DNA from: Candidatus Limnocylindrales bacterium
Lineage (GTDB): Bacteria > Patescibacteriota > Microgenomatia > Levybacterales > UBA12049
Assembly (NCBI GenBank): GCA_035526025.1
Contig: DATLDE010000011.1
Location: 121,056-185,055 of the forward strand
Direction of reading: 5' to 3'
Length of the DNA: 64,000 nucleotides
Part shown: positions 1 through 12,028 of the stretch, in pieces
Layout: every line of letters begins with the position of its first letter
How positions within the stretch are numbered: position 1 is the stretch's first letter
Notes under the pieces: generated by a model
What the model was told of the DNA's origin: nothing
The model's database searches: none
Seen by the model: only the letters and a program-made list of their open reading frames with translations
Translations under genes and position numbers: made by a program

Positions 1-1
1 A

Positions 2-430
2 AAAAAAGGAGTACTGTATATCATACTTTCAGCTTTAATATTTGCAATTTTTCAGATATCAACTGCTGAACTTTCCAAATCAATAAGTGCCGCAACATAT
101 TTACTAACTGCATATCTAGGGACAACGATAGTTACGGGAATACTGTACGCAAAAACCATTAGAAAAGATCTGTTTCTGTTAAAAAACCGCATGCTACAGA
201 CTAGTAAGGTAATGCTATTTTCAAGTATTACAAGCCTGATACATTTTTCTTTCGCATATTTCGCATATAGAAGCGCGCCAGATAGCGGTGTAGTAGTTGT
301 TCTACTCACCTCCCAGGTAATTATCGCAGTTATATTAAGCATAATATTTTTAAAGGAACGAGATAGAATCGGACGAAAGCTTGTTGCAGGTCTTCTTGCG
401 GTTCTTGCCGGTTTTTTAATAAAAGGCTAA
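2..430 (+). CDS. EamA/DMT-family transporter, C-terminal portion (5' end lies outside the window)
   Basis: The frame is open from window position 2. It is hydrophobic with EamA-like TM helices and a typical C-terminal end (…LAVLAGFLIKG). The ORF-track Met at 191 is internal. Confidence 0.5.
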   Translation, partial: KKGVLYIILSALIFAIFQISTAELSKSISAATYLLTAYLGTTIVTGILYAKTIRKDLFLLKNRMLQTSKVMLFSSITSLIHFSFAYFAYRSAPDSGVVVVLLTSQVIIAVILSIIFLKERDRIGRKLVAGLLAVLAGFLIKG

Positions 431-492
431 GTGCCAAACCTTAATTCTTAATTCTTGCTTCTTAATTCTGGCATTGGTACAATGCCAATGTT

Positions 493-1716
493 ATGAACCT
501 CGCATTCAGGATGCGTCCCCAAAATTTTGATGAATTTGTTGGACAGATTGATTTAGTTGGAAAAGACAAGATCCTCAGAAAAATGGTTGAGAGCAAATCT
601 CTGTCATCCATGATTTTCTGGGGACCCCCGGGATCAGGGAAAACAACTCTTGCACATATTGTTGCACGGGCTACAAATGCAGATTTCCATCATCTTTCAG
701 CAGTTGAAACAGGCAAAGCGGATTTGAGAGAAATAATCAAACTGGCAGAAATCTCCTTAAAAGATAAAAAGCGGACTATTCTTTTCATTGATGAAATACA
801 CCGCTGGAATAAAGCTCAGCAGGATGCACTTTTGCCATATGTTGAAAGCGGATTGATCACACTCATCGGCGCGACTACCGAAAATCCCTCATTTGAAATA
901 ATCAGCGCTCTTCTTTCAAGATCAAGAATATTTGTTTTAAAAAGTCTGGAAAAAAAAGATCTGGAAAAAATAATTGACGCGGCATTAAAAGATAAAAAAA
1001 AGGGAGTAGGGGATTCAAAAAAGAATATCGACAAGGACGCCTTGGAATTACTGACCCGTCTTTCTGGCGGTGATGCACGCATAATGCTAAATGCTCTGGA
1101 AATGGCAGCGACTACTTACAAGGAAAAAAAGATAAATTCAGAAATAATAAAAGAAATTTTTCAGACAAGATCAGCTGGTCTTTATGACAAAAAAGCAGAT
1201 GAACATTACAATATAATTTCTGCATTCATCAAATCAATGAGAGGATCAGATATTGACGCAGCGCTGTATTATCTTGTCCGGATGCTTGAAAATAGCGAAG
1301 ATCCCAAATTTATTGCTAGGCGTATGATCATCTTCGCATCAGAAGACATAGGGATGGCGGACAGGGGAGCACTTATCCAAGCCAACGAGGCATTTGAAGC
1401 AGTTACTAAAATAGGCATGCCGGAGTCACAGCTCATCCTGGCACACATAGTGATTTATCTGGCAAGTGCCAAAAAATCAAGAGCAGTGCCCAACGCATTG
1501 GGCAAGGCCAAACAAGCAGTTTATGAATTCCCAAATGAACCGATTCCAATGCATCTTAGAAACGCCCCAACCAAACTCATGAAAAATCTTGGTTATGGTA
1601 AAGAATACGAATGGTCCGACAAGCATGTCGGCCCGAACAAGGAACTGTCTTTTCTACCTGAAAAATTAAAGGAAAGGAGATTTTATGATTACGAAAGAAA
1701 GAACACCGACAAATAA
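493..1716 (+). CDS. rarA: Replication-associated recombination protein A (AAA+ ATPase, MgsA/WRNIP1 family)
   Basis: Walker A GPPGSGKTTLA, Walker B ILFIDEIHR, and the C-terminal MgsA helical domain and tetramerisation region characteristic of RarA. Confidence 0.9.
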   Translation: MNLAFRMRPQNFDEFVGQIDLVGKDKILRKMVESKSLSSMIFWGPPGSGKTTLAHIVARATNADFHHLSAVETGKADLREIIKLAEISLKDKKRTILFIDEIHRWNKAQQDALLPYVESGLITLIGATTENPSFEIISALLSRSRIFVLKSLEKKDLEKIIDAALKDKKKGVGDSKKNIDKDALELLTRLSGGDARIMLNALEMAATTYKEKKINSEIIKEIFQTRSAGLYDKKADEHYNIISAFIKSMRGSDIDAALYYLVRMLENSEDPKFIARRMIIFASEDIGMADRGALIQANEAFEAVTKIGMPESQLILAHIVIYLASAKKSRAVPNALGKAKQAVYEFPNEPIPMHLRNAPTKLMKNLGYGKEYEWSDKHVGPNKELSFLPEKLKERRFYDYERKNTDK

Positions 1717-2203
1717 TGAGTTGCTGCATTTAAATCCTGCGACTCTAGCAATGGTACTTTTTATTGACGCCAGCGATAACTTTCCTGCTTCATTTCCTCA
1801 TCAAGCTGCGTACATAGCAATCGAGTGCAAGAAACTGGATAATTATTCACCCAATAAATTAAAAGATGCTCTTCGATCTAGCCCAGAAAAGATTTCCAAG
1901 CTTAACAAACTGGCTGCTCGTAGGCATAAAGATAACTCAAACGCACCAAAAAACGTAAATCCAAGTGTAATGACAGGATTAATGCATGGAATAATAATAT
2001 ATTCATTTAGTCTTGCGTATGATTTAATGTACGTTCCAGAACCGGATCTTGAACAATTTCTCTTATCCTACATACCTAAAGGAGGTTATAACAACACCTT
2101 AATGCAGCATGAAGCAGAGGGTTTAGTCAAAAAGCATCGGGGACCAGAATTTGGCCGCTGGGGAAGAATAATATACAAACATCCCTCTGATCAGAATACT
2201 TGA
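1685..2203 (+). CDS. Hypothetical protein
   Basis: A 172-aa ORF with a GGAG Shine-Dalgarno sequence 5 nt upstream. It overlaps the rarA stop. No recognisable motifs. Confidence 0.4.
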   Translation: MITKERTPTNNELLHLNPATLAMVLFIDASDNFPASFPHQAAYIAIECKKLDNYSPNKLKDALRSSPEKISKLNKLAARRHKDNSNAPKNVNPSVMTGLMHGIIIYSFSLAYDLMYVPEPDLEQFLLSYIPKGGYNNTLMQHEAEGLVKKHRGPEFGRWGRIIYKHPSDQNT

Positions 2204-2222
2204 AATAAAGTGACTGCTTAAA

Positions 2223-3173
2223 TTACATAAATTTTTTGAAAAAAGAGAAGAGTTTACTAATCGCGCTTTTTTCTTTCTTGTCCTGGGCCTGCCGAATGGA
2301 TTGATTATTTGCAATCAACTTACGGATTTCCGGAATTGCTTTCCCTGCTGCTTCTTCCCCCGCTTTAATAATACTCTCTGCTTTTTTGTTATCAAAAAAG
2401 TATTTCCATCCGACCAGTCCTGTATTTGGACTTGATGGAGATATAATTATATCTGCGTTTTTTAGTGAATGAAATGTAAGATTATGCCTCAAAATATTGA
2501 CTGAAAACATAGGAATTCCAGCAAGTGCCGGAATTTTCTTGACAGGCGTATAGAAATAAGCGCTTTCGGCATTTACGGCTATTACGATATCAGCTCCCAT
2601 GCCTTTTACAACTTCAACAGGTACAGGATCAGAAAGCCCACCGTCGGCAAGAGATTTTTTGCCAAAGGTAACAGGTGTAAATACAGGCGGCACAGATATA
2701 CTCGCTCGGACAGCCTTTGCGAGATCACCGCTTCTGAGGATTACCTCTTCTGCACTTTTCATATCCGTTGCAACAGCAGCAAATGGAATACGCAGATTAT
2801 CAAAATTAGCATCTTTAAGAATACTATTAATTAATAATTCAATTTTATCTCCTTTTATAATTCCACCTTTCATGATGGGATCAAAAAGCCTATATCCTTG
2901 TAATGCATTCAGGCCTAAGATAAAATCTTCAAGTTTTTCCATTGACGGATTTGCAGCATAATATGCACCTATCAGAGAACCAATGCTGGTTCCCGCAATG
3001 TAGTCAATCTTTATCCCTGCACCACTCAAAGCCTTGAGAACTCCTATATGGGCAAGGCCTTTTGCACCCCCACTTCCGAGAGCCAGGCCAATTTTTGGGG
3101 AAATGTTTTTACTCATGTGATTTTTTTGCCAATTTGTAGTAACTTGTTTTGGTGCTCCCGAATTTTTCAACAA
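2223..3173 (-). CDS. Patatin-like phospholipase (RssA-like)
   Basis: Oxyanion motif GLALGSGGAKG, nucleophile elbow GTSIG (GxSxG) and a catalytic Asp (DGG) region. An alternative start at Met20 (coordinate 3116) would reduce the overlap with fic to 8 nt. Confidence 0.85.
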   Translation of the reverse strand: MLKNSGAPKQVTTNWQKNHMSKNISPKIGLALGSGGAKGLAHIGVLKALSGAGIKIDYIAGTSIGSLIGAYYAANPSMEKLEDFILGLNALQGYRLFDPIMKGGIIKGDKIELLINSILKDANFDNLRIPFAAVATDMKSAEEVILRSGDLAKAVRASISVPPVFTPVTFGKKSLADGGLSDPVPVEVVKGMGADIVIAVNAESAYFYTPVKKIPALAGIPMFSVNILRHNLTFHSLKNADIIISPSSPNTGLVGWKYFFDNKKAESIIKAGEEAAGKAIPEIRKLIANNQSIRQAQDKKEKSAISKLFSFFKKFM

Positions 3174-4158
3174 TTCCTTTATTCACAAGTGACGCAAGAA
3201 GTGAATGCGCCTGTTGACGTGATACACCAAATTCTTTTTCAAGATCTGAGGTCTTGATGGCTTTTTTCTCAATAATTATTTGCAGAACTTCTTCTTGACG
3301 GGACGATACAAGGACCCGCTTCTCACCAGTTATCTCATCAAGATTTGATTGCTGTAGCTGACTAAGTCTAGCCTGTGCAGATTGTAAAGAGGTGGCAATT
3401 CCCTCTAGAAAATACTCAAGCCAGGCGGTCTTATCCCCACTATCTGCAGTATGCAATGTATCTGAATAAAGATGGCGGTCAACATCATAGTAATCATCAA
3501 GTATAAAATACTTTGCGACCTCATAATGTTGGAGTATTAAATAGTATGTTGTAAGAACACGCCCAATTCTACCATTTCCATCAAGAAATGGATGAATATA
3601 CGCAAATTGATGGTGCAGAATCCCAGCCTTAAGAAGAGGATGAATCTCTTTTTCTTCAGTTAACCACTTATAGACTTCATCAAGAGCTTTTATGATCTCT
3701 TCTTTTTTGTGATGTGGCGGATTATGCTTTACTACCAGCTGATCACCTTCTTTATGCCCGACAAAAACGCCAGCGTCTCTAAGTCCCCACTTATCCTTAG
3801 TCTCAAGCCCATCCATAAGCTGTGCATGCAGTTTCTCAGTTAACTCGACAGTAATTGGGGTTTTTTGACGGGCGAGATTGGAGAGTCTTGTCAATATCTC
3901 GAAATAATTCTTTACCTCTTTTTCAGATTTTGTTGTGGGTATCTGGTCCCCCAAAATAACATTGGTCACATCTTGCGGAGAGAGGGGATTACCCTCAATA
4001 CTTGTTGAGTAATGAGTTGCTAGAATTTGATTCTCCTGAAAAAGCCTGACAGTTAGTGAGGGGATGAGCTTTTCAGCATGCAATTGACCATACATCCGCT
4101 CGATCATGCCCAAGGTTGAAAGCATTTTGAGAGTTAGGCTGAATTTAGGCTCATACAT
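3109..4158 (-). CDS. fic: Fic-family protein (class II, N-terminal inhibitory motif) with C-terminal winged-HTH
   Basis: Fic motif HPFLDGNGRIGR. There is an N-terminal STSIEG ([ST]xxxE[GN]) inhibitory motif and a C-terminal wHTH. An ATG at 4158 is the likely start; the track start at 4176 is a TTG. Confidence 0.85.
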   Translation of the reverse strand: MYEPKFSLTLKMLSTLGMIERMYGQLHAEKLIPSLTVRLFQENQILATHYSTSIEGNPLSPQDVTNVILGDQIPTTKSEKEVKNYFEILTRLSNLARQKTPITVELTEKLHAQLMDGLETKDKWGLRDAGVFVGHKEGDQLVVKHNPPHHKKEEIIKALDEVYKWLTEEKEIHPLLKAGILHHQFAYIHPFLDGNGRIGRVLTTYYLILQHYEVAKYFILDDYYDVDRHLYSDTLHTADSGDKTAWLEYFLEGIATSLQSAQARLSQLQQSNLDEITGEKRVLVSSRQEEVLQIIIEKKAIKTSDLEKEFGVSRQQAHSLLASLVNKGIVEKFGSTKTSYYKLAKKSHE

Positions 4159-4260
4159 AGTCAAATTATAACACAAAAAGGTTTAATTGTCAAGTTATTT
4201 GTCAATATATATGTAAACAACATATATTTGTCAACTTATTTGTAAAGTTATATGTAATAC
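4159..4260 (-). promoter_or_regulatory. Consensus sigma70-type promoter for fic: TTGACA, a 17-nt spacer, then TATAAT; it yields a leaderless mRNA and has three upstream TTGACAAATA direct repeats
   Basis: On the minus strand: TTGACA (complement of 4188-4193), a 17-nt spacer, TATAAT (complement of 4165-4170), then ATG at 4158. There are two further TTGACAAATA copies and one TTTACAAATA copy upstream. Confidence 0.6.
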
Positions 4261-4619
4261 TACTCTAGATCTATTTTTGACGCCATGATAAAATCATTTT
4301 CCGATAAACCCCCAATAGCATGGGTGCTTAGAGTTAATTTTACCTTATTCCATGAATGTAGATAAATATCTGGGTGATGACCCTCTGATTCAGCAAGTAC
4401 TCCAACTTTATTTACAAACCCAAGAGCTTCTTGGAAATTTTTGAATTTGTATTCTTTGACAATACGTTTTTCCTCAATATCTATCCAGTCCTTAAGCTCA
4501 TTTCGTAAATAAGCGCGGTATTCATCATGTTTTAAAGGCTTAACCCCACCTTCACAAGGAACACATTTTTTGTTTTTTAAATTATTATCTAATTTCATTA
4601 ATTCCTCCTGTTTTGTCAT
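4260..4619 (-). CDS. phhB: Pterin-4-alpha-carbinolamine dehydratase (PCD/DCoH)
   Basis: EGHHPD motif and a PCD-like length (119 aa) and sequence pattern. Confidence 0.75.
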   Translation of the reverse strand: MTKQEELMKLDNNLKNKKCVPCEGGVKPLKHDEYRAYLRNELKDWIDIEEKRIVKEYKFKNFQEALGFVNKVGVLAESEGHHPDIYLHSWNKVKLTLSTHAIGGLSENDFIMASKIDLE

Positions 4620-4932
4620 AGTACTCTTTTGATTGGCTAAATAACCACGGATCTCTTACGCTACAAATCCTAATCTCATAATTCTCCCATACTTTTTCTA
4701 ATATATATGGTTCAATGCTCAACCATTTTTGCAAATCAGTATATGTTTCAAAATTCATTATTAGTGCTGATCCAATTGCTTCACCATTTTCATTAGTCAG
4801 GGCAGCACCAAACCAAAAGTTTCCATTCTTCATCAACTTATTACCAAGTTCAATATGCTTGGGTCGCGCCATTTTCCTTCTCTCTCTGGCGTTCTCATCC
4901 TTTGCATCATGTCCAATAACTAAATATTGCAT
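4585..4932 (-). CDS. YciI-like protein (Dabb-fold)
   Basis: N-terminus MQYLVIGHDAKD…RPKH…L…G matches the YciI family pattern. The protein is 115 aa. Confidence 0.65.
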   Translation of the reverse strand: MQYLVIGHDAKDENARERRKMARPKHIELGNKLMKNGNFWFGAALTNENGEAIGSALIMNFETYTDLQKWLSIEPYILEKVWENYEIRICSVRDPWLFSQSKEYYDKTGGINEIR

Positions 4933-4998
4933 GTTTTTATTTTATCACAATGCATAGCTTGAAATTTATTAAGCGTATAGTGTAAGATATATAAATAA

Positions 4999-6954
<1,956 letters not shown>

Positions 6955-7011
6955 GTTTGTAAACAAATTGAGATATTCACTCATGTTATAATTGATAAAA
7001 CAATAATTTAT

Positions 7012-7554
7012 ATGCCAGATTTTAATAAAATACTTACACCAGGAAATATTGACGAGGGATGGGTCAATGCTATTATAGATATCCCCGAAGGTTCCTCTCT
7101 TAAAATAGAATATGATAGAGCGCATGGTATTTTTATGCTGGACAGAGCAGAACCGAATATTTTCCCAAAACCAGTCAATTATGGATTTATTCCGGCTACA
7201 AAAGATGAGGATGGTGACGAATTAGACGTTCTCTTAGTCTGCTCAGAACCAATCCCTACTGGAGTACTCGTCAAATCAAAAATTATCGGTATCTTTAATT
7301 TCGAAGACGGTGGGGAAATGGATTACAAAATTGTCTGCGTTCCTTATGATGACCGCAATACTGGTGATAGTATCAAATCCCTTGATGATTTAGGAACTAG
7401 ATGGAAAGAAAAAATTGAATATCATTTCGCACATTATAAAGATCTTAAAAAGCCAGGGACAACGAAAGTATTAGGATGGGGAAATGTAGAGGATGCAAAA
7501 AAAATAATTAATGAATGTATCAAAACCTACAATGATGAAGGTTTCTCCGAATAA
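7012..7554 (+). CDS. ppa: Inorganic pyrophosphatase (family I)
   Basis: DGDELDVLL and IPEGS…KIEYD family-I PPase signatures. The protein is 180 aa. Confidence 0.9.
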   Translation: MPDFNKILTPGNIDEGWVNAIIDIPEGSSLKIEYDRAHGIFMLDRAEPNIFPKPVNYGFIPATKDEDGDELDVLLVCSEPIPTGVLVKSKIIGIFNFEDGGEMDYKIVCVPYDDRNTGDSIKSLDDLGTRWKEKIEYHFAHYKDLKKPGTTKVLGWGNVEDAKKIINECIKTYNDEGFSE

Positions 7555-7589
7555 AAAATGAGCGTATCAATTAATTATAAATTCATTTT

Positions 7590-10142
7590 ATGAACATAGG
7601 TAAATTACAACCAACAAATATCTCAGAGGAGATGAAGAAATCGTATTTGAATTATGCGATGTCTGTTATCGTGGCTCGTGCACTTCCTGACGTCCGGGAT
7701 GGCCTCAAACCAGTTCATAGAAGAATTCTGTACGCTATGAATGAGATGGGTCTTGGCCCGACTGGCAAATTCCTCAAATCCGCACGTATAGTTGGAGAGA
7801 CCATGGGAAAATACCACCCTCATGGAAACATGGCAATTTACGATTCACTCGTTCGTCTGGCACAGGATTTTTCAATGCGATATCCACTTATCCTAGGTCA
7901 GGGTAACTTCGGTTCAGTTGATGGTGATCCGCCAGCTGCTGATCGTTATACAGAAGCCAAACTCCAACACATCACAATGGAGATGCTTCATGATTTGGAT
8001 AAAGAAACAGTTGATTTCGGCCCAAATTATGATGGGTCATTCCAAGAACCTTTATATCTTCCGGCCAAACTTCCTAACTTACTACTTATGGGTGCTGAAG
8101 GTATTGCTGTTGGTATGGCAACCAAAATTCCACCACACAATCTTGGAGAAGTGATAGACGCAATTACATATCTAATTGATAAATCCAAAATTGAAATTCT
8201 AAAAGAAAACGAACCAAAACCTCTTGATCCTAAAGACCCAGACTCAAAAGCATCACCTATACAAAGCTCTGCTGTCTCATTGCACACAGAAGTAACTATT
8301 GATGAACTACTACAATTCATTAAAGGCCCTGATTTTCCAACAGCAGGCTCAATTTATGATCAGACAGAAATCAAAAACGCATATATCACAGGGCGGGGGA
8401 AGATAATTATCCGGGGCAAAGCAGAAATTGAAGAAATAGGACAGGGAAAATCAGCAATTATCATAACAGAGCTTCCGTACCAGGTAAATAAAGCAATACT
8501 GATAACCCGCATCGCTGATCTTGCTAAAGAGAAAAAGATTGAAGGAATATCTGATCTAAGAGACGAATCAGATAGACGCGGAATGAGAATTTATGTCGAG
8601 CTGAAAAGAGACGCATTCCCCAAGAAAGTTTTAAATAATCTCTTTAAACACACATCCATGCAGACTAGTTTCCCCGTCAACATGGTCGCACTAGTCAATG
8701 GAACTCCTCAAATTCTTAACCTTAAAGTAATTCTTGAAGAGTATATAAAACATCGCTATATCGTTGTCAGAAAAAGATCAGAATTTGAGTTGAGACAAGC
8801 AAAAGCAAGGCTTCATATACTCGAGGGGCTCAAAATAGCAGTTGATAATATCGATGCTGTGATTGCAACAATCAGAGGCTCCAAAGACCAGGAAGACGCC
8901 AAACAAAACCTTATGGGAAAATTCAAACTATCAGAAATCCAGTCAGTTGCTATTTTGGATCTTCAACTGCGAAGACTTGCAGCTCTTGAGAGACAAAAGA
9001 TTGAAGACGAACTCATGATGGTCAAAGAGACAATTGCGTACCTTGAAGATCTGCTAGCGCACAGTGAGAAAATACTTGATGTGATCAAAGGTGAAATTCT
9101 GAAATTAAGAGAAAAATATGCTGATGCAAGACGCACAAAAGTGTATAAGGGTAAAGTCGGCGAGTTCTCAGAAGAAGATTTGATAGCAAATGAACCAACT
9201 GTTATCACCATCACAAACACAGGCTACATCAAACGCCAATCACTAACCTCATTCCACACCCAGCATAGGGGAGGAAAGGGAATAACAGGAATGAATGTAA
9301 AAGACGAGGATGGAATTGCACACATCCGGTATGCTCAGACACATGATAATATAATTTTCTTCACAAATAAAGGAAAAGGATATGCTCTCCGTGCTTATGA
9401 AATTGCAGAAAGCTCAAGAACAAGTAAGGGATCAGCCGTTGTAAATCTACTTAATATCGAACAGGGTGAAAAAGTGGAGTCATTTGTGGTAATGAATAAA
9501 ACAGTTAAAGCAGGCTACGTCTTCCTCACTACAAGAAACGGTACAGTTAAAAAGAGCAAGCTCTCAGAATTTGAGAACATCAGACGAAATGGCATGATCT
9601 CAATCAAGTTAGATAAGGGGGATGAATTAGTCTGGAGCAATATCAGTATTGGCACAAATGAGATATTGCTTGTTACCAAACAAGGTAAAGCAATTAAATT
9701 CTCAGAAACTGCAGTCAGACCAATGGGACGTGCTACAACCGGTGTACGAGGTATCAAGATTGACTCGACTGATCAAGTTATCGGAATGGCAGTTATAACA
9801 AAAGATGACGATGCAAATGTACTGGTAATTATGGAAAATGGTCTTGGGAAAAAGAGTCCGCTTAAACAGTTCCCGCTTCAGGGGAGAGGTGGACAAGGCG
9901 TAAAAGTGGCCAAAGTTACACCAAAAACAGGACAGGTTGTCATAGCACAAGTTATACCACCGGGATGTGAAGAAGTGATAATCACATCAAGAAAAGGACA
10001 GATTGTGAAACTCCTTACAGCGCAAGTTCCGAAATTATCACGTGACACTCAAGGAGTTATCCTGATGCGCTTCTCAGACGCAAATGACAAGGTAGCCTCA
10101 GCGACCTGCATTGAGAAAACCATAGAAAAAACCGCTGCTTAA
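7590..10142 (+). CDS. gyrA: DNA gyrase subunit A
   Basis: [24 protein letters not shown], the active-site Tyr region and C-terminal beta-pinwheel repeats. There is a ~30-aa lineage-specific insertion between HNLGEV and GPDFPTAG. Confidence 0.95.
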   Translation: MNIGKLQPTNISEEMKKSYLNYAMSVIVARALPDVRDGLKPVHRRILYAMNEMGLGPTGKFLKSARIVGETMGKYHPHGNMAIYDSLVRLAQDFSMRYPLILGQGNFGSVDGDPPAADRYTEAKLQHITMEMLHDLDKETVDFGPNYDGSFQEPLYLPAKLPNLLLMGAEGIAVGMATKIPPHNLGEVIDAITYLIDKSKIEILKENEPKPLDPKDPDSKASPIQSSAVSLHTEVTIDELLQFIKGPDFPTAGSIYDQTEIKNAYITGRGKIIIRGKAEIEEIGQGKSAIIITELPYQVNKAILITRIADLAKEKKIEGISDLRDESDRRGMRIYVELKRDAFPKKVLNNLFKHTSMQTSFPVNMVALVNGTPQILNLKVILEEYIKHRYIVVRKRSEFELRQAKARLHILEGLKIAVDNIDAVIATIRGSKDQEDAKQNLMGKFKLSEIQSVAILDLQLRRLAALERQKIEDELMMVKETIAYLEDLLAHSEKILDVIKGEILKLREKYADARRTKVYKGKVGEFSEEDLIANEPTVITITNTGYIKRQSLTSFHTQHRGGKGITGMNVKDEDGIAHIRYAQTHDNIIFFTNKGKGYALRAYEIAESSRTSKGSAVVNLLNIEQGEKVESFVVMNKTVKAGYVFLTTRNGTVKKSKLSEFENIRRNGMISIKLDKGDELVWSNISIGTNEILLVTKQGKAIKFSETAVRPMGRATTGVRGIKIDSTDQVIGMAVITKDDDANVLVIMENGLGKKSPLKQFPLQGRGGQGVKVAKVTPKTGQVVIAQVIPPGCEEVIITSRKGQIVKLLTAQVPKLSRDTQGVILMRFSDANDKVASATCIEKTIEKTAA

Positions 10143-10143
10143 T

Positions 10144-10473
10144 ATGCGGATTTGGGATTTGTCTCCATCTATTCTTTGCCGCAAACACCTTCTCGGAGAA
10201 CATCTTGAATTGCATTCTATATGGACAGTCATAACACAAAATAAAAAAGGCTACTCAAGGCATCCCGAAACACTAAGATGGGTGGGGAAACTAAAAGCGC
10301 TATATAACCGACATGACCATCTGGTCAATGAAATGAAAAATAGAGGATACAACCATCACAGCGATTTGGATAAAAAACTTGCTACCGGAAGCTCAAAGCA
10401 AACTACATTTATAAACACGCCAGATGAGCAATTGGAAATTATTAAAGGTAAAAAATGCTCTTGTAAGATCTAA
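10144..10473 (+). CDS. T4 endonuclease V-like pyrimidine-dimer DNA glycosylase (Pyr_excise family)
   Basis: N-terminus MRIWDLSPSIL…HLLGEHLEL and …RGYNHH parallel T4 DenV (MTRINLTLVSEL…HLMAEYREL…KRGFN). Confidence 0.55.
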   Translation: MRIWDLSPSILCRKHLLGEHLELHSIWTVITQNKKGYSRHPETLRWVGKLKALYNRHDHLVNEMKNRGYNHHSDLDKKLATGSSKQTTFINTPDEQLEIIKGKKCSCKI

Positions 10474-10495
10474 TATCAGCGATCGCTATCGAGTC

Positions 10496-11101
10496 TTAAC
10501 AAGACCCCTGAGGAATCTCGATGATTACTGTTTCAAACCCAGTGCTCTTGAGTAATGTAGCCAACTGATTCCGGGCATTCTTTGATGCTTCATCCAGAAT
10601 TCCACCCTTACATGCTGCATCTTTTATTACTTTTTCAGCCTCAGATCTGGCTTCTGATTCAAGATTGCGATCACCTTTTGTGAGGAGTCCCTGCTGCCTG
10701 TCATAGACTCTAGTTTGATCACTGTCCAATTTCGTAACTAGTATTTCGGGAGCTGGCAGAGTAAGTCTCAATGTACTCCCTTCAATTTTTATATTCTCGT
10801 CTTTTATTTTACTCATATCAAATCCTGCGATTACAGAACCGTGGGCAATCAGAAGAATTCTATCACCAACTAGTAATTGGCTGATTTTACTTCCACTTGT
10901 TCCTACAGCTATTATTTTTTCAATTGTATAGGAGGATGTTTCAAGCCTGTTAAGAGAACGTACTTGCTTGATAACTGTTTGAGAGCTCAGATTTACAGTG
11001 TATTCAGAACGAGGCTTACTCAAGCGCTGATATACAAGAAGAGCAACTATCAAAACAAAAAAAATTGCGATAACTTTTATAGCAAAACTCGCGTTCTTCA
11101 T
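10496..11101 (-). CDS. DUF4230-like membrane-anchored protein
   Basis: N-terminal TM helix and a soluble domain typical of DUF4230. The start was chosen at MKNASF (ATG at 11101); the track ORF extends to 11152. Confidence 0.5.
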   Translation of the reverse strand: MKNASFAIKVIAIFFVLIVALLVYQRLSKPRSEYTVNLSSQTVIKQVRSLNRLETSSYTIEKIIAVGTSGSKISQLLVGDRILLIAHGSVIAGFDMSKIKDENIKIEGSTLRLTLPAPEILVTKLDSDQTRVYDRQQGLLTKGDRNLESEARSEAEKVIKDAACKGGILDEASKNARNQLATLLKSTGFETVIIEIPQGSC

Positions 11102-11144
11102 AATTATATCCCGATTATACATTAATAAGGTATAATAATAAACA

Positions 11145-12023
11145 ATGGCCACAAAAACACCTGAAAAGGAAGGATTTATTGATGTAACAGGAGGAAAAGT
11201 TTGGTATAAGATAGTTGGTGAAAAAAAAGGTACGCCTCTGATAGTTCTCCATGGCGGACCTGGCTATCCACATGACTATTTAGAACCTCTAGAAGATTTA
11301 GCAGAGGACCGACAGGTAATATTCTATGATCAGCTAGGGTGCGGTAATTCTGAGAGACCAGAAGATAAAAAATTATGGACCATCGAAAGATTTGTTGAGG
11401 AACTGGAACAAGTGATAACAAATCTGGGACTAACGCACTATAACTTAATTGGACATTCTTGGGGAGCTACACTTTCAATCTGCTACGCATTAACTAATCC
11501 AACCGGGCTTAAAAGCATTATTCTTGCAGATCCATATTTAAGTACACCAATCTGGGAAAATGATGCAAAAATGCTCATCAAAACTCTTCCACAAGAAACT
11601 CAAATGTCTTTGAACAAACATAATTTACCTGGTTTTACAAAAACAGAAGAGTTTCAAAAAGCTTCTGATGTTTATTACAAACATTTTGTATATGGCATGG
11701 AATCATTACCTGCAGCTGTTAAAAAAGCGAACAAAAAATTTAGTAGTATCATTTATAATCAAATGTGGGGACCAAAAGAGTTTGCGCCTACTGGGACATT
11801 AATAGAACTTGATCTTACGCCAGAGCTTAAAAAAATTACTTTTCCAGTGCTAATTATTTGCGGACGGTATGATGAGGCTACTCCCGAGGCGGGAGAATAT
11901 TTCAAAAAACTTATACCCAAATCCCAACTTAAAATTTTGGAGAATAGCGCTCATTTTTCGCATTGGACAGATAGAAAAGAATACATGAGTACTGTAAAAG
12001 CATTTTTAAAAGAGCTAGACTAA
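11145..12023 (+). CDS. Alpha/beta hydrolase, proline iminopeptidase-like
   Basis: HGGPG oxyanion motif and GHSWG nucleophile elbow; 292 aa. Confidence 0.75.
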   Translation: MATKTPEKEGFIDVTGGKVWYKIVGEKKGTPLIVLHGGPGYPHDYLEPLEDLAEDRQVIFYDQLGCGNSERPEDKKLWTIERFVEELEQVITNLGLTHYNLIGHSWGATLSICYALTNPTGLKSIILADPYLSTPIWENDAKMLIKTLPQETQMSLNKHNLPGFTKTEEFQKASDVYYKHFVYGMESLPAAVKKANKKFSSIIYNQMWGPKEFAPTGTLIELDLTPELKKITFPVLIICGRYDEATPEAGEYFKKLIPKSQLKILENSAHFSHWTDRKEYMSTVKAFLKELD

Positions 12024-12028
12024 TCAAT

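Noticed and set aside
8027-9220. Several 80-100-aa antisense ORFs inside gyrA
   Set aside because: They are antisense to a conserved gene and have no motifs.
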